Source: Mobula hypostoma (taxonomy: Eukaryota). Taken from it: DNA of 64,000 nucleotides. The translations under genes and the position numbers were made by a program. Location of the stretch: NCBI RefSeq assembly GCF_963921235.1, contig NC_086097.1:87422001-87486000 (forward strand). Reading direction: 5' to 3'. Each line of letters starts with the position of its first letter. Position 1 is the stretch's first letter. The notes below the pieces were generated by a model. It was not told the DNA's origin and did not search any database. It was given only the letters and a program-made list of their open reading frames with translations. Below, piece by piece: positions 25,110 through 39,072 of the stretch.

Positions 25110-27830
25110 GAGTTAGGTTCTAGAATATTGAAGAGTACAGCGCAGGCACAGGTCATTTGGCCCATAATGTTGTGCTGAACGAGCTAAAGAGCAAATCAAA
25201 AACACCCAAATATTAATCCCTCCTAGCTACACCATGTTCATATCCTCCATCTACCTTACAGCCATGTGCCTATCCAAACATTTCTTAAAAGCTTCTAATG
25301 AATTTGCATCTACCACCATACCAGGCAGCACATTCCAGGTATTCATGACTCTCTAAGTAAATAATTTACCCCTTACATCCCCCTGAACCTAACCTACTCC
25401 CTCTCACCTTCAATGCATGCCCGTTGGTATTAGACATTTCATCACTGAGAAACAGATACACTCTGTCCACTCTATCTATGCCTCTCAAAATCTTGTAAAC
25501 CTCAATCACATCTCCCCTCTGCCTCTGATGCACCAGGGAAAACAAGCCATTCCATCTCTCGTGATAGCACATGCCTTCTAAACCAGGCAACATCCTGATG
25601 AACCTCTTCTGCATCCTCTCCAAAGTCTCAACATCCTTCCTATAATGGGGTGACTGGAATTGCACGCAATACTCCAGATATGACCTAACCAGAGTTTTAT
25701 AAAGTTGCAATATAACCTCCTGACTTTTGAACTCAGTGCCTCGACTAATAAAAGCAAGCATTCCATAAGCCTTCTTAATCACCCTTTCAACCTGTGTAAT
25801 CACTTTCAAGAAGCTATGAACATGGATCCGAAGATTGCTCTGCTCAGCAACACTTTTAAGGGACCTTGCCCTTAACAGTGTATTGTTTCCCTACATTTGC
25901 CCAACCAAGGTGCAACACTTCACATTTATCTGGGTCAATCTCCATCTGCGATTTCTCAGCTTATATCTGCAACTGATCTATATCATGCTGTATTCTTTGC
26001 CAGTTTTCTACACTATCCACAACTCCACCTATCTTGGCATCACCAGCAAATTTACTAAACCACCCTTCTACAATTTCATCCAGGTCATTTATATACATTA
26101 CAAACAGCAGAGGTCCCGACACAGATCCCTGAAGGACTCCACTAATTACAGATCTCCAGCTCAATAAGTCCCTTCAGCCACTACCGTCCGACCTTCTGAC
26201 TTCTATACGCAAGCCAGTTCTGAATCCAAACAGTCGATCTGCCACAGACCCCATGCCTGTTGATCTTCTGGATTAGCCTCCCATGAGGGATTTTGTCAAA
26301 CACTTTACTAATATCCATGTAGGCAACATCAACTGCCCTACCCTCATCAATCTCTGTCATCACCTTGTCAAAAAACTCAATCAGTTTGATAAAGTTTGAC
26401 CTGCCACGCTAGCCCTCCCAAGTTAAGCCATGGGCTTCCAAATTCTCATATATCCTATCCCTAAGAATTTTCTTCAGCAATTTCTCTACAACTGATGTGA
26501 GACTCACCAGTCTATAGTTCCCAGGATTTTCCTTTGTTCTTTTCTTAAATAGAAGTACAATGTTAGGTACTCGCCAGTCCTCCTGGATCTTGCCTGTGGC
26601 TAAAGAGGACACAAAGATACTGGTCAAGGGCCCAGAAATCTCATCTCTTGCCTCTTTCAATAACCTGGGGTAAATCCCATCAGGTCCTGGGAACTTATCC
26701 ACCTTTATACTCCTTACAAAACCTCCCCTGAATCCGACCATCCTAATTCTATGGCACACATTTCTCCTATCTCTTATCTTCAATAGTAACCCAAACAAGC
26801 ATGAAAGCAGAACAGACTGCTCTGACAGTCGGCCAAAATGAAACACATACAGCATAACAGTAAAAATACGAATCAGGGCATTACACAATTTTCAGTAATG
26901 GGTACAACATTGTAGTTCCATGTGCTGATCCGTGCTCTAAGCTCATCACCTTTACCTGTAATGCTTCTAGCATTAAAATACACGTACTTCAAACTATCTG
27001 ACCCATCATACCTGTTACATCAATTTTGCCTTTCAATACTTTTTCTGACAGCTACCTTCTGGTCCAATCCTTCCCTTACTGACCTGGGGCTCAGGTTCCC
27101 AGCCCCCTGCAAAACCAGTTTAAACTTTCCCAAATAGCTTCAGCAAACCTCCTGGCCAGGATATTGATTCCCCTGCAGTTCAGGTGCAACTTGTCCCTAT
27201 AGCACAGGTCAACCCCTTCCCCAGGAAAGGCTGCAATGATCCAAGACATCGAAAACCCTGTCCACTGCACCATCTCCTCACCCTATCATTCATCCATGCC
27301 ATCACCCCATTACAACCTGCACTAGCCTATGGCACAGGGAGTAATCCATAGATTACTACCTTGGAGGATCCTCTCTTCAGCCTCTTTCCCTAACTCTATA
27401 AACACAGCAAAGGACCACCTCCCCTTTTCACTTCTGTCATTGGTGCCAATATGCAACATGACCTCTGGCTGCTCCCCCACCCCCTTGAAAATATCCTGCA
27501 ACTGCTCCGATACATCATGGACCCCAGCACCCAGGAGGCAACAGACCATCCTGGTGTCTTTTTTACAGCCACAGAATCTCCTTTCTGTCCCCTTAACTAT
27601 CGAGTCCCCTATAACTACTGCACTGCCTGACTTTACCCTTCCCTGTTGAGATTCACAGCCAGCCATAGTGCCACCAGCCTGGCTGCTACTGCCAGGATCT
27701 GATGGGTCATCCTCCTCAGCAGTATCCAAAGGGGTATATTTATTGCTGAGAGGATTGGCCGCAGAGGAGCCCTGCACTGACTTCTTAATTCCCTTACTTC
27801 TCTTGATGGTCACCCATCTACTGTCTGTTC
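25110..27830 (-). mobile_element. CR1 LINE with SGNH-esterase ORF1; endonuclease largely deleted
   Basis: ORF1: VIGDSIV, CCLLGA, LHIGTND, DKLHLN. ORF2 start YFNARSI, then PGPDGIYPRLLKE, GNYRLVSLTS, GVLQGSVSGPLLF, KFAGDAK, LEYCVQF. Confidence 0.92.
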
Positions 27831-28949
27831 TGTTTATATTATCAGTAACATTATGTAACCAAGGCTTTTGTTGCACAAGAGTGGACACTAGTTATCTAGT
27901 TTTGGCTTCATTTTGTACTTTCTAAATGTATCCGAACTTCAAATGCTTGCTGACATGAGAATGAGCAGGCTGAACACAGATCTCTAACCTCTGCATTACA
28001 TAGAATAGAACCTGAGAATTTACAGCAAAAAATAAAAAACGATCTGTGAAGCTGAATGATGTAGTAATCTTAGTTGATCTAATAACCTTAGTGAATTCAA
28101 CATTGAACATATCCAACCAATCCTGTGCAGTGAACTACAAAGTCAACTGAGTATTAGGTGGCATTGTAAAAACAGAATACAGGTCAAAGACATCAACATC
28201 GTATCTATAGAATTCTTATTGGGGAGAAAAGGAGACATTCAAGAGCAGTGGAATGGATTTCCCTGATGTAAGAGACTTGAGTTTCAACCTGGAATGGAAC
28301 TATCTGCAGCAAAATAATAGAGAATTCTCTTGCAAGAATTTGCAAAAAATATACCCGGAATATCACCTTACTCAGAAAAACACAGGGCCAACCCAGAATC
28401 TGAGTAGTTCTAAAAAGATATCATTAGTGAAAGAACAAGAGTTAACATTTCAATTCAAAGCCATAATTGTTTCGAGCATTTTCTGCTTTTATTTTAGATT
28501 GCCTGAACCTATAGGTTTGTTTTTATTTTACTTAATTCTACAGGGTCTTCATGCCCATGGAAGTGTGAGCCCTGTAAGTCAATTTTGATCAAATTCATTT
28601 TAAACACATTTGTTTTGACTGTTTGGGCCAAGTTTTGGTAATAGATCATGTACAGAATCATTGGACTGTTAAGTTCTTCCTGCAGCATGGTTCTTGGATT
28701 CTATTAGTAGCAAAAGTCATAGAAAGGCTAGGAATCCAGCTGGATTACTTCCAAGGCTGACACGAGACAGAAACAACAGCCACAGTGAATGCAGGTGATT
28801 GTAGACTTTAAAGAGTAAAATGGCAAAGGACACAAAGGCTACAGTAGCAATTTTCAGGCCTGCACAGGTAGGCACCTCCCAGTCTCCACCCAGCTAATAG
28901 GATTCACCTGCCACTCATTCCAGACTCGTTCAGACTGCTGCCTGCACAC

Positions 28950-30900
28950 AGACAGAGCTGAAAGAGCAAGGCTCCAGAGATTGAGACAGCCAAGAGGCTG
29001 AAGTTACAAGATTTCCTTGAGTCAGTGGACTGGGCCGTGTTCAAGAACTCATCTGAGGGCCTGAATGACTACACCAGGGTCGTTACAGACTTTATTAAAA
29101 CAGATGTGGATTAGCGTGCACCCACAAAATTGTTTAGGGTTTCGCCAGTCAGAATCCCTGGATGAACAATAAAATCCAGAACCTGCTGAGAGCCAGATCA
29201 GAGACATCCAAGTCTGGAGATCAAGAATGCTACAAGAGGTGCAGGTATGGTCTCTGGAAAGCCAACTCTTGGGCAATGTGGAGATTCCAGACTAGACTGG
29301 AATCAGCAAGGGATACTCAGCAGCTGTAGCAGAGTTTGAATGACAAAACCTCCTACAAAGCTAAATCTTGCAACATGGAACTTGCAACATGAAGCTTCGC
29401 TCCCAGGTGCATTCTATGCTCGCTTTGACCACCAGAACAGGTGGTCAAACACCCATCACACACCCCCATGTCTCCCAAATATCCTTTGGTCTCAGTATCT
29501 GGAATTGACTTGTAGGCTGACTTCGAGAGTGAATCCAAGGAAAACACCCAGTCTGGACAGAGTATCTGGCAAAGTACTGAAGATCTGTGCTGACCAACTG
29601 GCTGGTGTGTTCACAGTTATCTTCAACCTCTTGCTCTGGCAGCGTGTGGTACTCACGTGCTTCTTGCAGGCTTCAATCATACCGGTGCCCAAGAAGAGCA
29701 TGGTAAACTGTCTAAATGGCTACCGCCCAGTGGCACTTATGTCCACAGTGATGAAGTGCTTTGAGAGGCTGGTGTTGAATCATATCAGTTGCTGCTTGAA
29801 TGGTGACTTGGATCTGCTCCAATTCGCCTACTGAAGCAAAAGATCTACAGCAGATGCTATCTTGTTGGCTCTTGAAACAACCCTGGGACACCTGGACAGC
29901 AAAGATGCATACATCAGGATACTCTCTGTCGATTACAGTTCAGTATTTAATACCATCATCCCCTCAAAACTAATCAACAAACTCCAAGACCTGAGCCTCA
30001 ATACCCAATGTGCAACTGGATCATGGATTTCATCACTTGTAGAACCCAGTCAGTTTGGATTGGCAAAAACATCTCCTCCACAATCTCCATCAGCACCGCA
30101 GCACCGCAGCACTGCAGGGATGTGTGTTTAGCCCCCCTGTTCTACTTGCTTTACACCTATGGCTGTGTAGCTAAGTACAGCTTCAACACCATAAACATGT
30201 TTGCTACTGTAACCCCTGCTGCAGACCGTATGAAAGGTAGCGATGAATCAGCATACAGGAGGGAGTTTGAAAACTTGGCTGAGTGTTGCAAAACAACAAC
30301 CTCTCACTCAATGTCAATAAGACCAAGGAAATGATTGTAGACTTCAAGAGAGGGAAAGCAGAGGTCCATGAGCCAGTAATCACTGGAGGATCAGAAGTGG
30401 AGAGGGTCAGTAACTTTAAATTCCTGGGTGTCACCATCTCAGAGGACCTGTCCTGGACAAATCATGTAAATATTATTGTGAATAAAGCACGACAGCATCT
30501 CTACTTCCTTGGGAGTCTGCAAAGGTTCATCATGTCATCAAAAACTTTGGCAAACATCTATAGATGTGTGATGGAAAGTATACTGACTGGCTGGATTATG
30601 ACCTGGTATGGGAACACCATTGCCTTTGAGGGGAAAGTCCTACAAATATAATGGATTCAGCTCTGTACATTATGGGTAAAACCCTCCCAACCATTGAGCA
30701 CATCTGCACAAATTGTTGCCGTAGAAAAGTAGCATCAGTCATCAAGGTTCCTCAACAGCCCAGGCCATGCTCTTTTCTCAATGCTGCCATCAGATAGGAA
30801 GTACAGGTGCTGCAGAACTCACACCACCAGGTTCAAGAACAGTTACTACCCCTCAACCATCAGGCTCATCAACAAAAGGGAACAGCTACACTCATCTAAG
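28950..30900 (+). mobile_element. Rex1/Babar LINE, decayed, nested in the chromovirus
   Basis: CLNGYRPVALMSTVMKCFERL, DLLQFAY, DYSSVFNTIIP, LNVNKTKEMIVDF, FKFLG, TRFKNSYYPSTIR. Confidence 0.9.
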
Positions 30901-30904
30901 TTTC

Positions 30905-31820
30905 TTATACTCACGTACCTCACTTGGCCCTACCTGCCTATACCTGCTATACAACTCCTTTTTCTTAACCAGGGCCTCAATATCTCCTGAAAACTAAGGT
31001 TTCCTAAACCTGTTATCCTGACCTTTTATTCGGACATGAACATACAGACTGTACTCTCAGATTTTCACTTTAGAGGACCCCCCACTTATCAAGTACACTT
31101 TTGCCAGAAAACAACCTGTCACAATCCACACTTGCCAGGTCCTTTCTGATACAACCAAAATTAGCCTTTCATCAATTTAGAATTTTAACCAGTGGAGTAG
31201 ATGCATTATTTTTCATAGTTACCTTGAAACTAATGGTATTATAGTCACTAAGTGCAAAGTTTTTCCCTACACTAACCTCTGTCACCTGCCCTGTTTCATC
31301 TCCTAATAGGAGATCTAGTACTGTATCACACTTTCTCTAGATGGGACTTTTATGTACTGTTTAAGGAAACTTTCCTGAACACATTCGGCAAACTCTTTCC
31401 TACTCAACCTTTTTACGGTATGGGAGTCCCTGTCAATATGTCAAGATTAAAATCACCTAATATCATAAACTTCTGTTTCTTACAACAGTTGGTAATCTCT
31501 CTACAAATTTTCTCTTCTCAATCCCACGCACTGTTGGGAGCTCCATAATATAATTCCATTATGCAATTCTTATTCCTCAGATCTACCCATAAAGCCTCAC
31601 TAGACTGAGCATTGCCATTACATTTTCCCTAACTAGTAATGCCATCTCTCTCCCTTCAATCCCTCCCACTCTATCACGTCTAAAACAACAGAACCCAGCA
31701 CACTGACCTACCAGACAGCCCTTCCTGCAACCAAGTCTCACTAATGGCTACAATGTTATAATTCCATGTGTTGATCCATGTCCCAAGCTCAGCCACCTTT
31801 CCTATAATATTCCTTGCACT
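30905..31820 (-). mobile_element. CR1 LINE endonuclease-region fragment
   Basis: Minus translation ELGTWINTWNYNIVAISETWLQEG and MILGDFN, homologous to the ORF2 start at ~26990. Confidence 0.75.
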
Positions 31821-32412
31821 GAGTCCTTTAGCATCTCCTCAAAAACCACCTGTACTGCCAATTAGAGAAATGCCAGCTTTGCATCCCAGTCATTTCCTTC
31901 TGGGTTACATCCTTTCACTCCTAGGCATAACCTGGACCTAGAGAAAGTGTGCACTGTCTTGGAATAGCCCTGACCATGCTCCTACGGTGTTTCTTGTACT
32001 TCTCCAACTTCTATCATTGTTTCATCGGAAGACACAGTCAAATTGTCATTTCTCTCACCTCCCTCACCAAGTCAGCTACCTCATAGATAACCTGATGCGC
32101 TACTGCAAACCACACTTTTGAAGAACACAAGAGACACTTCACCTCTTCCATACCCTGCCATCCGAACCCCTCCAAAATGTTTGTGGTAGAGATAGGTGCA
32201 TGTGACATGAATGCTGACTGGATGGGAAGACACATCCTTGTGCCTTTTCACACAAATACAACCTTACACAGCGCTGTTATGGAGCAAGAGACAGTGCTAC
32301 TCACTATTAAATGGGCCTTGGAGAAATACAGACCTTGGCTGATGGGAAACACTGAGCCCTTCCTGATCTTGACTGACCACCAGAACCTCCTATACTTATT
32401 ACAAATCCATGA

Positions 32413-32700
32413 CATGGTAGCGTAGTGGTTAGCACAATGCTTTACAGTACCAGTGATCCGGGTTCAATTCCCACCAGTGTCTGTATGGAGTTTGTACCTT
32501 CTCCCTGTGACCGCATGGATTTCCTCCAGGTGCTCCGGTTTCCTCTCACAGTCCAAAGACATACCAGTTGGAAGGTTAATTGGTCATTGTAAATTATCCC
32601 TTGATTAGGCTAGGTTTAAATTAGGGGTTGCTGGCTGGTGTGGCTCAACAAACCGGAAGGGCCTACAACACATTGTATCATGATAAATGAATAAATAAAC
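32413..32700 (+). mobile_element. V-SINE (HE1-like, tRNA-derived)
   Basis: A-box TGGTAGCGTAGTGG, B-box GGTTCAATTCC, V-domain GGAGTTTGTACCTTCTCCCTGTG...GCTCCGGTTTCCTCTCACAGTCCAAAGAC, (TAAA)n tail. Confidence 0.9.
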
Positions 32701-32704
32701 TCAT

Positions 32705-33655
32705 TTTCATTTCATTTTTTAAAATCTTTTTATTGATACATAATCTTCTACAGCTATAAAATGATACAAGACTTCAACAAATTGATATATATATAGTTAA
32801 TAAAGCTGAAGAAAAAAACATATCAAAAAAGAATAATATATAATAATGAAAAAAATTACTTTTATAAAGAAAAGAAGGAAAAAAGAGAACCCAACTAACT
32901 AAAAGAAAGAAACCCCACTAACTACTAGAGAAAGAAAAAGAAAAAAGAAAAAAAAGAAAAAGAGAGAAAAAAGATGGGGAAAAAAAACATTAGGAACCAA
33001 CTCCCGGAGCAATACGTCTTAAAATCATCTATATTTATATATGAAGAAGAAAAATCATCAACCGCCACTTCACATTTATATAAAATAAGATTGGAAGGAA
33101 AGCATATAAGTTATTTCAAATTAAATGATAATATTTGACAAAAGAGCCCCATCTTCTCTCAAAATCGAATCGAGGATCAAAAGTTTTACTTCTAATTTTT
33201 CCAAATTAAGACATAACATTACTTAAGAAAACCATTGAATTGATGTAAGGACAGAGGTATCTTTCCATTTCAGTAAAATAGCCCTTCTTGCCAACAATGT
33301 AACAAACGCAATTACATGTTGGTCTGAAGATGAAATACCTTGAATATGATGCAGAACTATTCCAAATAGAACAGGCAATGTATTAGGTTGTAAAATAATT
33401 TTCAGAGCTTTAGAAATTGTAGAAAATAAAGATTTCCAAAAAGATTTTAATGAAGAACATGTCCAGAACATTTGTGACAAAATGGCTATTTCAGTTTTAC
33501 ACCTATCATAATAATTGTCTATGTTAGGAAATATTATGGATAGTCTCTCATTTGTTAAATAATAACGGTGAACAATTTTGAATTGAATTAAACAGCAATT
33601 GGCACATATCGAAGAGGAGCTGACCATTTTCAGAACTCGCAACCAATCTTCATCC
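32705..33655 (-). mobile_element. L1 3' fragment (ORF2 C-terminus plus 3' UTR)
   Basis: ORF 33223-33642: LIQFKIVHRYY, DRCK...MFWTC...FW, LLARRAILLKWK; then a T-rich UTR and AATAAA. Confidence 0.88.
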
Positions 33656-35954
33656 GGCTCGCTGTGCCCTCTTCTTCAAACAATTCAGCTTCACCATCTT
33701 GTACCAATCTGGTTCCAAGAACACAAAGGCAGACAACCTGTTCGACTCACCTGAAATGGAGACGTAACCTCAGCCCAACAGTCCACTTTCCCAGATCCTC
33801 ACCCCAGTCATCTGGGACCCTGAAGACCAGATCTGCCAGGTCTGGCAGCATGACCCTTTTCTGGCCAACACAGCTGACAACCACACGTACATACCAGTGG
33901 CCCTACACTCTGAGGCCCTCTAGTCAGCCTGCTCCTCACCTGTGTCCAGCCATCCAGGTGCATGATCAACCCTTGATTTTCTGCAACTCCGGTTCTGGTG
34001 GCCCACCATGATCGCAATTTCGTCATGCCTGGCCTCAGTGCACCTGGTCCAATTCCCCCAACCAGCGGTCTGCTGGGTTGTTACGGACCCTACTGTCTCT
34101 CGACGCCCACGGTCCCACATTGCTGTGGATTTCATCATGGATTCAACGCCTTCTGGTGGGGCCACAGTGGTGGACTGATTCTCCAAGACAGCCCACTTCA
34201 TTGCCCTCACCAAGCTACTGTCAGACCTGGTTCTCCAGCCTGTAGTATGCCTCCACGGCTTTCCTCAGGACATTGTGTCGGACCAGGGCCCACAATTCAT
34301 CTCCCACTTCTGCTGAACCTTCTACTCCCTCTTCCACACCTCAGTGAGTTTATCCTCTGACTATCATCTGCAGTCATAAAGAACCAATCAACAAGTGGAG
34401 AAGTTTCTGTGATGCTTTGTCACCTCTAACCCTTCCACATGCAAGAAGCATCTGTTCTGGGCTGAGCTGAACCACAACCTACATACCTCCTCTGCTATGG
34501 GAATGACACCCTTTGAAGTGCTTCATGGCTACCAACCCATGTTGTTCCCCGCAGAGAGGAGCCCACTGTGGAGGTCCAACCTGCCAGGGCCTTGGTTCAC
34601 CGCTGTCAGAATGCTTAGAGGAGGGTATGGAATGCCATCCTAGCCACCAACCACACCTACTGCTTCCAGGCCAACTGCCATCGGTACCCAGCCAGACCAC
34701 TCTGGCCTGGAGACCATGTCTAGCTGTCCACCCAACATTTTCCCCAGTGCACCAATTCCCGCAATCTCTCGCCCCAGTTCCTTGGTCCTTTCAAGATCAC
34801 CCGTTGCATCAATCCAGTCAGTTATAATCTCCAGCTGCCACCATCCCTCAGAATCACCCCTACCTTCCATGTGTCCTGCCCCAAGCCCATTGTCTATGGA
34901 CTAGTCAACCCAACTGAACCTGCACCTCTGGAACCTAGGATGGTGTTTCGTGACCATGTACAGTATACACAATTCGGTGGTTGCTGGATTCACATCAGTG
35001 TATACAAGGTGGGTCGTACCTGGTTAACAGGGATGGGTATAGCCTAGAGGAGCAGTCTTGGATATCGCCCGGTTTCGTCACTCATCAATAAGTTCCACCA
35101 GTCCCATCCAGATCATCCTGAGCCACTGGGGGCTGGCTTTGGGGGGTTTGGGAGAATCCTGTCAGGCCTGCACATGCAGGCACTTCCCAGTTTCCATGCA
35201 GTTAATAGGGTTTACTTGCCACTCATTCCAGACTCATCACTTTCAGACTACTTAACCCAGTTCTCATCCGCAGTCGTTGTTCATTCACTGAACTAGCTAA
35301 CCTCAGCCAGTTGCTCTCAGTTGCCCTTTGTGCTTATTTTTTGCTCTCTCTTGGTTTGCAGCCCCTCATAACTTGTTATTTTGCAGTCTAGTATTAAAAT
35401 TCTCACTTACTGCTGAATTGTCTCCACTGCTCTGCTTTTGGGCCAAGCCTCCTCTACAGTCTCTGACAGCAATACCGGCAGTAAAGTTGCTGAGAGTCTG
35501 CAAAGCCATATTGGATTAGCGAAGAGGCTACACATCAGCAGATAGAGTATGCTGTCATTGGCCTTTGTCATCTGTTGAAGGAGGAATTGAAGACAAACTC
35601 TGATCTGTGCTTAAGTGTAATTCTCAAATTCTGTGCCACAGGCACATTCCAGGTATCAACAGGTGACATCTGTAAAACATGTCTTTTTGTTGCCCATACA
35701 GACATGAAGCAGATGATGGATGCTGTCTTTGTTAGATGATAACAGTATATCCCCTTATAAACTGCTGATCGGGGAGACAAAGTTCTCAGCTATTCCTTGA
35801 TGACAGGATTTCTCTAGGTGCTGGTCTTATCAACTGTACACGTGTTACATTCTCCCAGTCACAAAGCAGCCATGATTTACACCGCAAAGGAGTTCCTCTT
35901 CCAGAACCAAGTTATTTTTTCACCGTTATTCCATTACAGTTACAGTTTTGGGAA

Positions 35955-36252
35955 TTTTTTTTTTGGCATCCGTTAGTCTCATGAGACCATGGATTTGCAC
36001 CTTGAAAGGTTTCCAGGGCACAGGCCTGGGCAAGGTTGTATGGAAGACCGGCAGTTGCCCATGCTGCAGTCTCCCCTCTCCACGCCACCAATGTTGTCCA
36101 AGGGAAGGGCATTAGGACTCATACAGCTTGGCACCAGTGTCGTCACAGAGCAATGTGTGGTTAAGTGCCTTGCTCAAGGACACAACACGTTGCCTCAGCC
36201 AAGGCTCGAACTAGCGACCTTCAGATCACTAGACGAATGCCTTAACCACTTG
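35955..36252 (-). mobile_element. tRNA-derived SINE with CORE-like domain and polyA tail
   Basis: CAAGTGGTTAAGGCATTCGTCTAGTGATCTGAAGGTCGCTAGTTCGAGCC... matches 1669-1770; ends GGATGCC(A)9. Confidence 0.9.
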
Positions 36253-36459
36253 GGAATATTGCCGAGGGATATCTTCTACTCACATGAAATAGGACAAATT
36301 CAGTCCTACAAATTAGAAACCAAAAGTCCATTCTTAATCCTCAGCAAAGTGATGGAAATTTCCTTCAACAGTGCTACCAAATGCCATTTACTCACCTATT
36401 ACCTGTACACTGGTGCCTTTTTGAGTTGCACTAGTACAAATTTTCTCCACAATTCTGCA

Positions 36460-37400
36460 CAGAACAATGAGCTGAATTCCAGAGATGAGGTGAGATGAGA
36501 GTGACTCTCTTTGATATGAGGCAGCATTTGACAGTGTCCTACTAAATTTGAAGTCAACATATGTCAAAGGAAAAACACTACAATGGTTGGAGTCATACAC
36601 AAGTAGAGATGGTTGAAATTATTGAAGGTCAATTCTCCCAGCCCAAAGACATCACAACATCATTTCTTCAAGTGGTGTTCTAGGTCCAACCATCTTTACC
36701 TGCTTATCAATGGTAGAAATGTTTGCATGTGATTGCACAACGTTCAACTCTGTAATTCCTCAGGAAATGAAGCCATCTACACCTTCATGCAGCACACCCC
36801 GACAATATTCTGAGAATATTGCTGATAAGTGGCAAACAACATAGGCAGCATACAACTTCAGCCAATGACCATTTCTAATATGAGGAAATCTGATGCTTAC
36901 CTTTGATACACAATAGTGTTATCAACATCACTTCTCCCATTATCAGCATTGTGTTGGCCATCATAGACCAGAATTTTAACAGAACCATTGCCATAATTAC
37001 CATAAATTTTTACAATATTTTGTTTCTTCTATGAAAAGTAATTCTCTGCTTGATACACCAAATCCATTCCATTACTGACAGGTCAGGAGAGGGGTGAAAA
37101 ATTTTGCACATGACCGGATGAATGCAGCTCCAACAATATTCAAGAATCTCAACACTATCCATGATCAAGTAGCCCACTTCTTTCGCACCCCTACCACCCC
37201 CCCCCCCCCGGGAGTACATTCCCTCAATAATGGTGTACAATGGCTGCAGTAGATACCAACTACAGCATGCATTACAACTACTCATTTAGCCTCTGAACAC
37301 AGAACATAACCAACAATATAATGGGACTGACTTCACTGGAAGCAGCACTACAGTTCAAGATAGCAGCTCTCTGTATCTTCTCAACAGCAAAAATTGATGA
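36460..37400 (+). mobile_element. Old CR1/L2-like LINE RT remnant
   Basis: ELNSRDEVR, AAFD, GKTLQWLESY, VLGPTIF and MFA.DCT fragments across several frames. Confidence 0.65.
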
Positions 37401-37720
37401 ACCATAAGTGCTGGCTATGAAGTAAAATCAAATCCTAAGGCATGAATAAAAAGGTGTGTGTGTGTGTGCAGATCTGTGCCTATCTTGGTAGTAGCCGTGA
37501 TTCTTCATTTTAAGGCAATTATCAGTCACTTCTTCAATTCCCTTTGTCTTTCTCAAGATTAGTAAATGTTGGCTTGATTCTTTTGTGTGGCTGTTCCATT
37601 CACACTTGAGACTTCACTTCTGTCAGAATCTTTTACAGACCAATTCAGACAGTCATTAAGGATAAGGTCTCTTATTGTATACCACAGATATGTTCTAGTT
37701 TCTGGACTAAAACTCTAGAC

Positions 37721-39072
37721 CAGTGGTTCCTACTGTGATCCATATGACCCCTCCCCCCTCCCAGGGGGCCATGCCAGATTTCATAAGGGCCACAAGTAAA
37801 AAACAATACAGTTTTCAAGAATATCTGAATGGGCCATGACAAGTTTATTGATTTAATGAAATGTTATTAAAATAAATAAATAAATAAGAAATGAATATAT
37901 GTAATTTAATTGGAACACTATTAAATGAATGGGAAAATATGCTGGATTATGCAAATGAGGCAGCAAAACAGAGCCTGTGTGAGGGTGAGGGGGTGCAGCA
38001 TGTCAATTGTTCTCTTTACTTCTGTTTGACAACACACAAATTACCGCTCGCACCCTGCAGTGTGGCCCACTGAGCCTCGCAGCAAGGCCAATCAGCGAGT
38101 GTGCAGCAGGAAGCCGGTTCTGTTTGCCTTCCACTGACCCACGCGTGTTATAATACTTATAAGTAAATTCTATTCAGAGCTTTGAAATAATTTTATTTTT
38201 CATAACATTATATTTAACATATAATACCTATACCCTGTTAAAACATATATATACTTTATACTTTATTGTCACCAAACAATTGGTACTAGAACATACAATC
38301 ATCACAGTGATATCTGATTCTGCGCTTCTCACTCCCTGGATTACAAATATTAAATATTAAAAATATTCAAAATTAGTAAATATTAAAAATTTAAATTATA
38401 AGTCATAAATAGAAAATAGAAAAATGGGAAGTAAGGTAGTGTAAAAAAACCGAGAGGCAGGTCCGGATATTTGGAGGGTACGGCCCAAATCTGGGTCAGG
38501 ATCCATTCAGCAGTCTTATCACAGTTGGGAAGAAGCTGTTCCCAAATCTGGCCGTACGAGTCTTCAAGCTCCTGAACCTTCTCCCGGAGGGAAGAGGGAC
38601 AAAAAATGTGTTGACTGGGTGGGTTGTGTCCTTGATTATCCTGGCAGCACTGCTCCGACAGCGTGTGGTGTAACGTGAGTCCACGGACGGAAGATTGGTT
38701 TGTGTGATGTGCTGCGCCGTGTTCACGATCTTCTGCAGCTTCTTTCGGTCTTGGACAGGACAACTTCCATACCAGGTTGTGATGCACCCTAGAAGAATGC
38801 TTTCTACGGTGCATCTATAAAAATTAGTGAGGGTTTTAGGGGACAGGCCAAATTTATTTAGCTTTCTCAGGAATTAAAGGCACTGGTGGGCCTTCTTGGC
38901 AGTGAACACTGCTTGGTTGGACCAAGTCAGGTCATTTGTGATATTGACTCTATATTAGAACAGTTGACCAAAAAAAACTTCAGCAACTAATGGAGACTAT
39001 GGAGGGTGGGAGTCATGGAGGTAAATGCAACTCCTAAGTAGGCCACAAGCAGGAAAATATGGAGGACCACTG
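37721..39072. mobile_element. Non-autonomous hAT (Buster/Charlie-like) element
   Basis: Termini CAGTGGTTCC ... GGACCACTG. 8 bp TSD CTCTAGAC (37713-37720) and CTCTAAAC (39073-39080) with central TA. Confidence 0.8.
38250..38950 (-). mobile_element. Rex1/Babar LINE 3' fragment nested in the hAT MITE
   Basis: IIKDTTHP, LPSGRRFRSLKTRTARFGNSFFP; (AAAGTAT)n tail at ~38251. Confidence 0.9.

Larger units (their letters stand above)
28852..35468 (+). mobile_element. Decayed chromovirus-type (sushi/Tf2-like) Gypsy element with nested insertions
   Basis: 5' LTR remnant 28852-~28940 matches the start of the 3' LTR 35160-35468 (TGTCA...TGACA). GCAAT TSD at 28847-28851 and 35469-35473. [44 protein letters not shown], and chromodomain-like YLVNRDGYSLEEQSW (35017-35061). 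Confidence 0.88.
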
